From Octopus sinensis (Eukaryota), in the NCBI RefSeq assembly GCF_006345805.1, contig NC_043004.1, positions 25,978,001 through 26,042,000 of the forward strand: a DNA stretch of 64,000 nt. The letters run 5' to 3'. Shown piece after piece: positions 63,341 through 64,000 of this stretch; positions within the stretch are counted from its first letter, which is position 1, and the number at the start of each line of letters is the position of its first letter. The notes below the pieces were generated by a model, which was not told the origin of the DNA, did not search any database, and was given only the letters and a program-made list of their open reading frames with translations. The position numbers and the translations under genes are program-made.

Positions 63341-64000
63341 TGAAAAATCAAGTGACAGTGATAGTTTAAATTGACACAGATGTTGCCTGAAAATTTTTAC
63401 ATTGGACATTATTATTACCTGCCTGTGTTGTCACCAAAGGCTGGGTGTATAGAGAACAGCTGGGATATTTGGAAAGTGAATGGTAAACAAAGAAATCAAC
63501 GATATGTATTATGAAAACAGAACATTAACAAAGTTGCTATGACATTCTGTATGGAAGGAACAGCATCAGTCATTTAAACAACTGTTGTAGCACTGTAAAT
63601 TTAATGGGTTGTTAAATTACAATTTATAGTTAGATGTTCCAACATGGTTATAGCTTATTGAGATTTGACATTGAAAACTAAGTCTTCACTACTAGATATA
63701 ATTTACTGGGATTTTACTAGCTGAAGTTGCTAGTTGAAATTGCTGGTTCCATTGATACGTAGGACAATCAGCTCCTACCTTAGCTCAGTTGACCTCACTA
63801 AATAGGAATCATAAGGTAGTACAGCTCATCTCTAAGCAAAAAGCATTCTATCAAAATCAGTGTTTCACCAAACTTCTGTTTCTTCCCATGAGTGCTGCTG
63901 TAGCTAGGATGTGATATATACCAGACATACTTCCTCTAGGTACACTTTAAAACTAATAGTGGTCTGTATCAGATGGTACCTGCTCTGGGTACCCTATAGA

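Overview
AT-rich eukaryotic genomic DNA dense in microsatellites and transposons. The repeat families look like those of Octopus (inference from recognising the repeats, not a database hit). The main gene is a complete 13-coding-exon eIF3 subunit D (EIF3D) on the + strand (ATG 10448 to TAA 43540; 1665 nt, 554 aa). All introns are GT-AG with compatible phases, and there is probably a 3'UTR intron and a polyA signal near 44169. A convergent minus-strand gene contributes one apparently terminal exon encoding a MAM-domain C-terminus (56828-56947). The rest is mobile-element debris: RTE LINEs (one family has a PHD finger inserted in the RT domain), RTE-tail and tRNA-derived SINEs, Tc1/mariner (DD34D, DD37D, DD36E), pogo/Tigger, piggyBac, Penelope, CR1/L2-like and Ty3/Gypsy remnants. 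No intact autonomous element, rRNA, true tRNA or CRISPR array was found. The most interesting observations are minimal hammerhead-ribozyme motifs with covarying stems, the PHD-in-RT architecture, several foldback hairpins, inverted LINE pairs inside the EIF3D pre-mRNA, and a dense forkhead/CRE site cluster.
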